A DNA stretch of 63,889 nt, counting the filler, from Octopus bimaculoides (lineage: Eukaryota), in assembly GCF_001194135.2 (NCBI RefSeq). It is 8 parts of 8 records of this genome, joined end to end, with 100 filler letters (N's around TTAATTAATTAA, not from the genome) between each part and the next. Parts side by side here need not be neighbours in the genome. Positions count along the whole stretch, not along the records: positions 62,843 to 63,889 come from NW_026335248.1; 7 more parts are not named here. One strand, given 5' to 3'. Each line of letters begins with the position of its first letter. The stretch's first letter is position 1. The position numbers and the translations under genes were made by a program. A model generated the notes under the pieces. It searched no databases. It saw nothing but the letters and a program-made list of their open reading frames with translations, and was not told the origin of the DNA. Of this stretch, positions 62,940 through 63,889 are shown one piece after another.

Positions 62940-63595
62940 CTACATTTGGAAAAAGTTTCTGCTACCTTAATCACTGCCATTGAGAGGCTCACAAATACCT
63001 GAGCAACAATTTTCTCCAATATAGTAAATATTTCAAAGAGAATATTCCAAGAGGATAATCTTTATGAAATTCTGTTCATTTTGGCATTAAATCCATTATT
63101 ATTTCTGCTACAAAAATCAAATGGCTACATGCTAGGTTCTGCAACTACGAGAGATATTAATGTAACCCATAATTTTTTGGTAGATAACCTCAAGATTTAT
63201 GTTAAGAATGTTAACAGTGCAAAAAATCAAAAAATCAAAAAAAAAAAAAACAGCTGAAATTAATGACAACATTTTCAGCTGACATAAGAATGGAATTTGC
63301 CCAAAAGAAATATCCATATTTGAAATTTGAACGGGGAAAATCTGTCCCCTACACCCATAACCTGTGCATCAATGGTCTCACTATCTCTCCTGTCCCACAC
63401 AAAGAATGCTGCAAATACCTAGGCATTGATGAAAACATACCGTAGTAAGGTACTGTGAATAAAGATAGAGTGACCCGAGAATATTATATTTAGACTTAGA
63501 AAAATATGGCAGTCAGAAATCTTCTCTTACAACATAACAATATCCCAAAATGCATTTGCAGTACCAGTGCTGATTCCAACATTTTATACGCTTGG
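62940..63595 (+). mobile_element. R4/Dong-clade RT/thumb fragment
   Basis: HLEKVSATLITAIERLTNT; QLKLMTTFSADIRMEF..KYLGIDEN..RLRKIWQSE..NAFAVPVLIPTF; homologous to 36590-37230. Confidence 0.8.
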
Positions 63596-63858
63596 CTAGT
63601 CTGTAGAAGAAAGCCAAGCGCTATATGTATTATATACACATAGCTAAATTACAGGGAAGATTAAACCCCAAAAGTGTGTATGTAGGTATCTGTATGAAGA
63701 CTAGATCCGGCGGACTCTGCGGAAGAAACCTTCATGGAAGAGGAGGGGGAAGCGGCAACTCATTATGGGGTGCAGAGAGCAAAGGAGAGAGAAGACATCT
63801 TGGTCATCCACCTCATCCGTCTCCATCTGGTCTTTCCACTGGACTGAAGATGGTCACG

Positions 63859-63889
<31 letters not shown>

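Noticed and set aside
63835-63870. CUGAAGA plus a short hairpin at the window end
   Set aside because: No GAAA; runs into (GA)n. More likely a LINE/SINE tail

Overview
AT-rich, microsatellite- and gap-rich eukaryotic DNA. The SINE families, RTE LINEs and TTAATTAATTAA gap spacers resemble an octopus/coleoid draft assembly (inference). There is one clearly intact host gene: a single-exon-CDS type II membrane fucosyltransferase-like protein (24113-25237). The rest is decayed mobile DNA: Penelope-like elements, RTE, CR1 and R4/Dong LINE remnants, Gypsy fragments, mariner/Tc1 elements, a Helitron derivative, MITEs and many tRNA-derived SINEs. The best findings are two minimal type I hammerhead ribozyme motifs. 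One (28343-28387) lies in a ~400-bp non-coding element whose inverted arm begins exactly at the predicted cleavage site. The other (62156-62277) has a ~97-nt rod-like stem II and lies in a head-to-head inverted Penelope element. All family calls come from motif recognition by eye; no database searches or folding were run, and most repeat boundaries are approximate.
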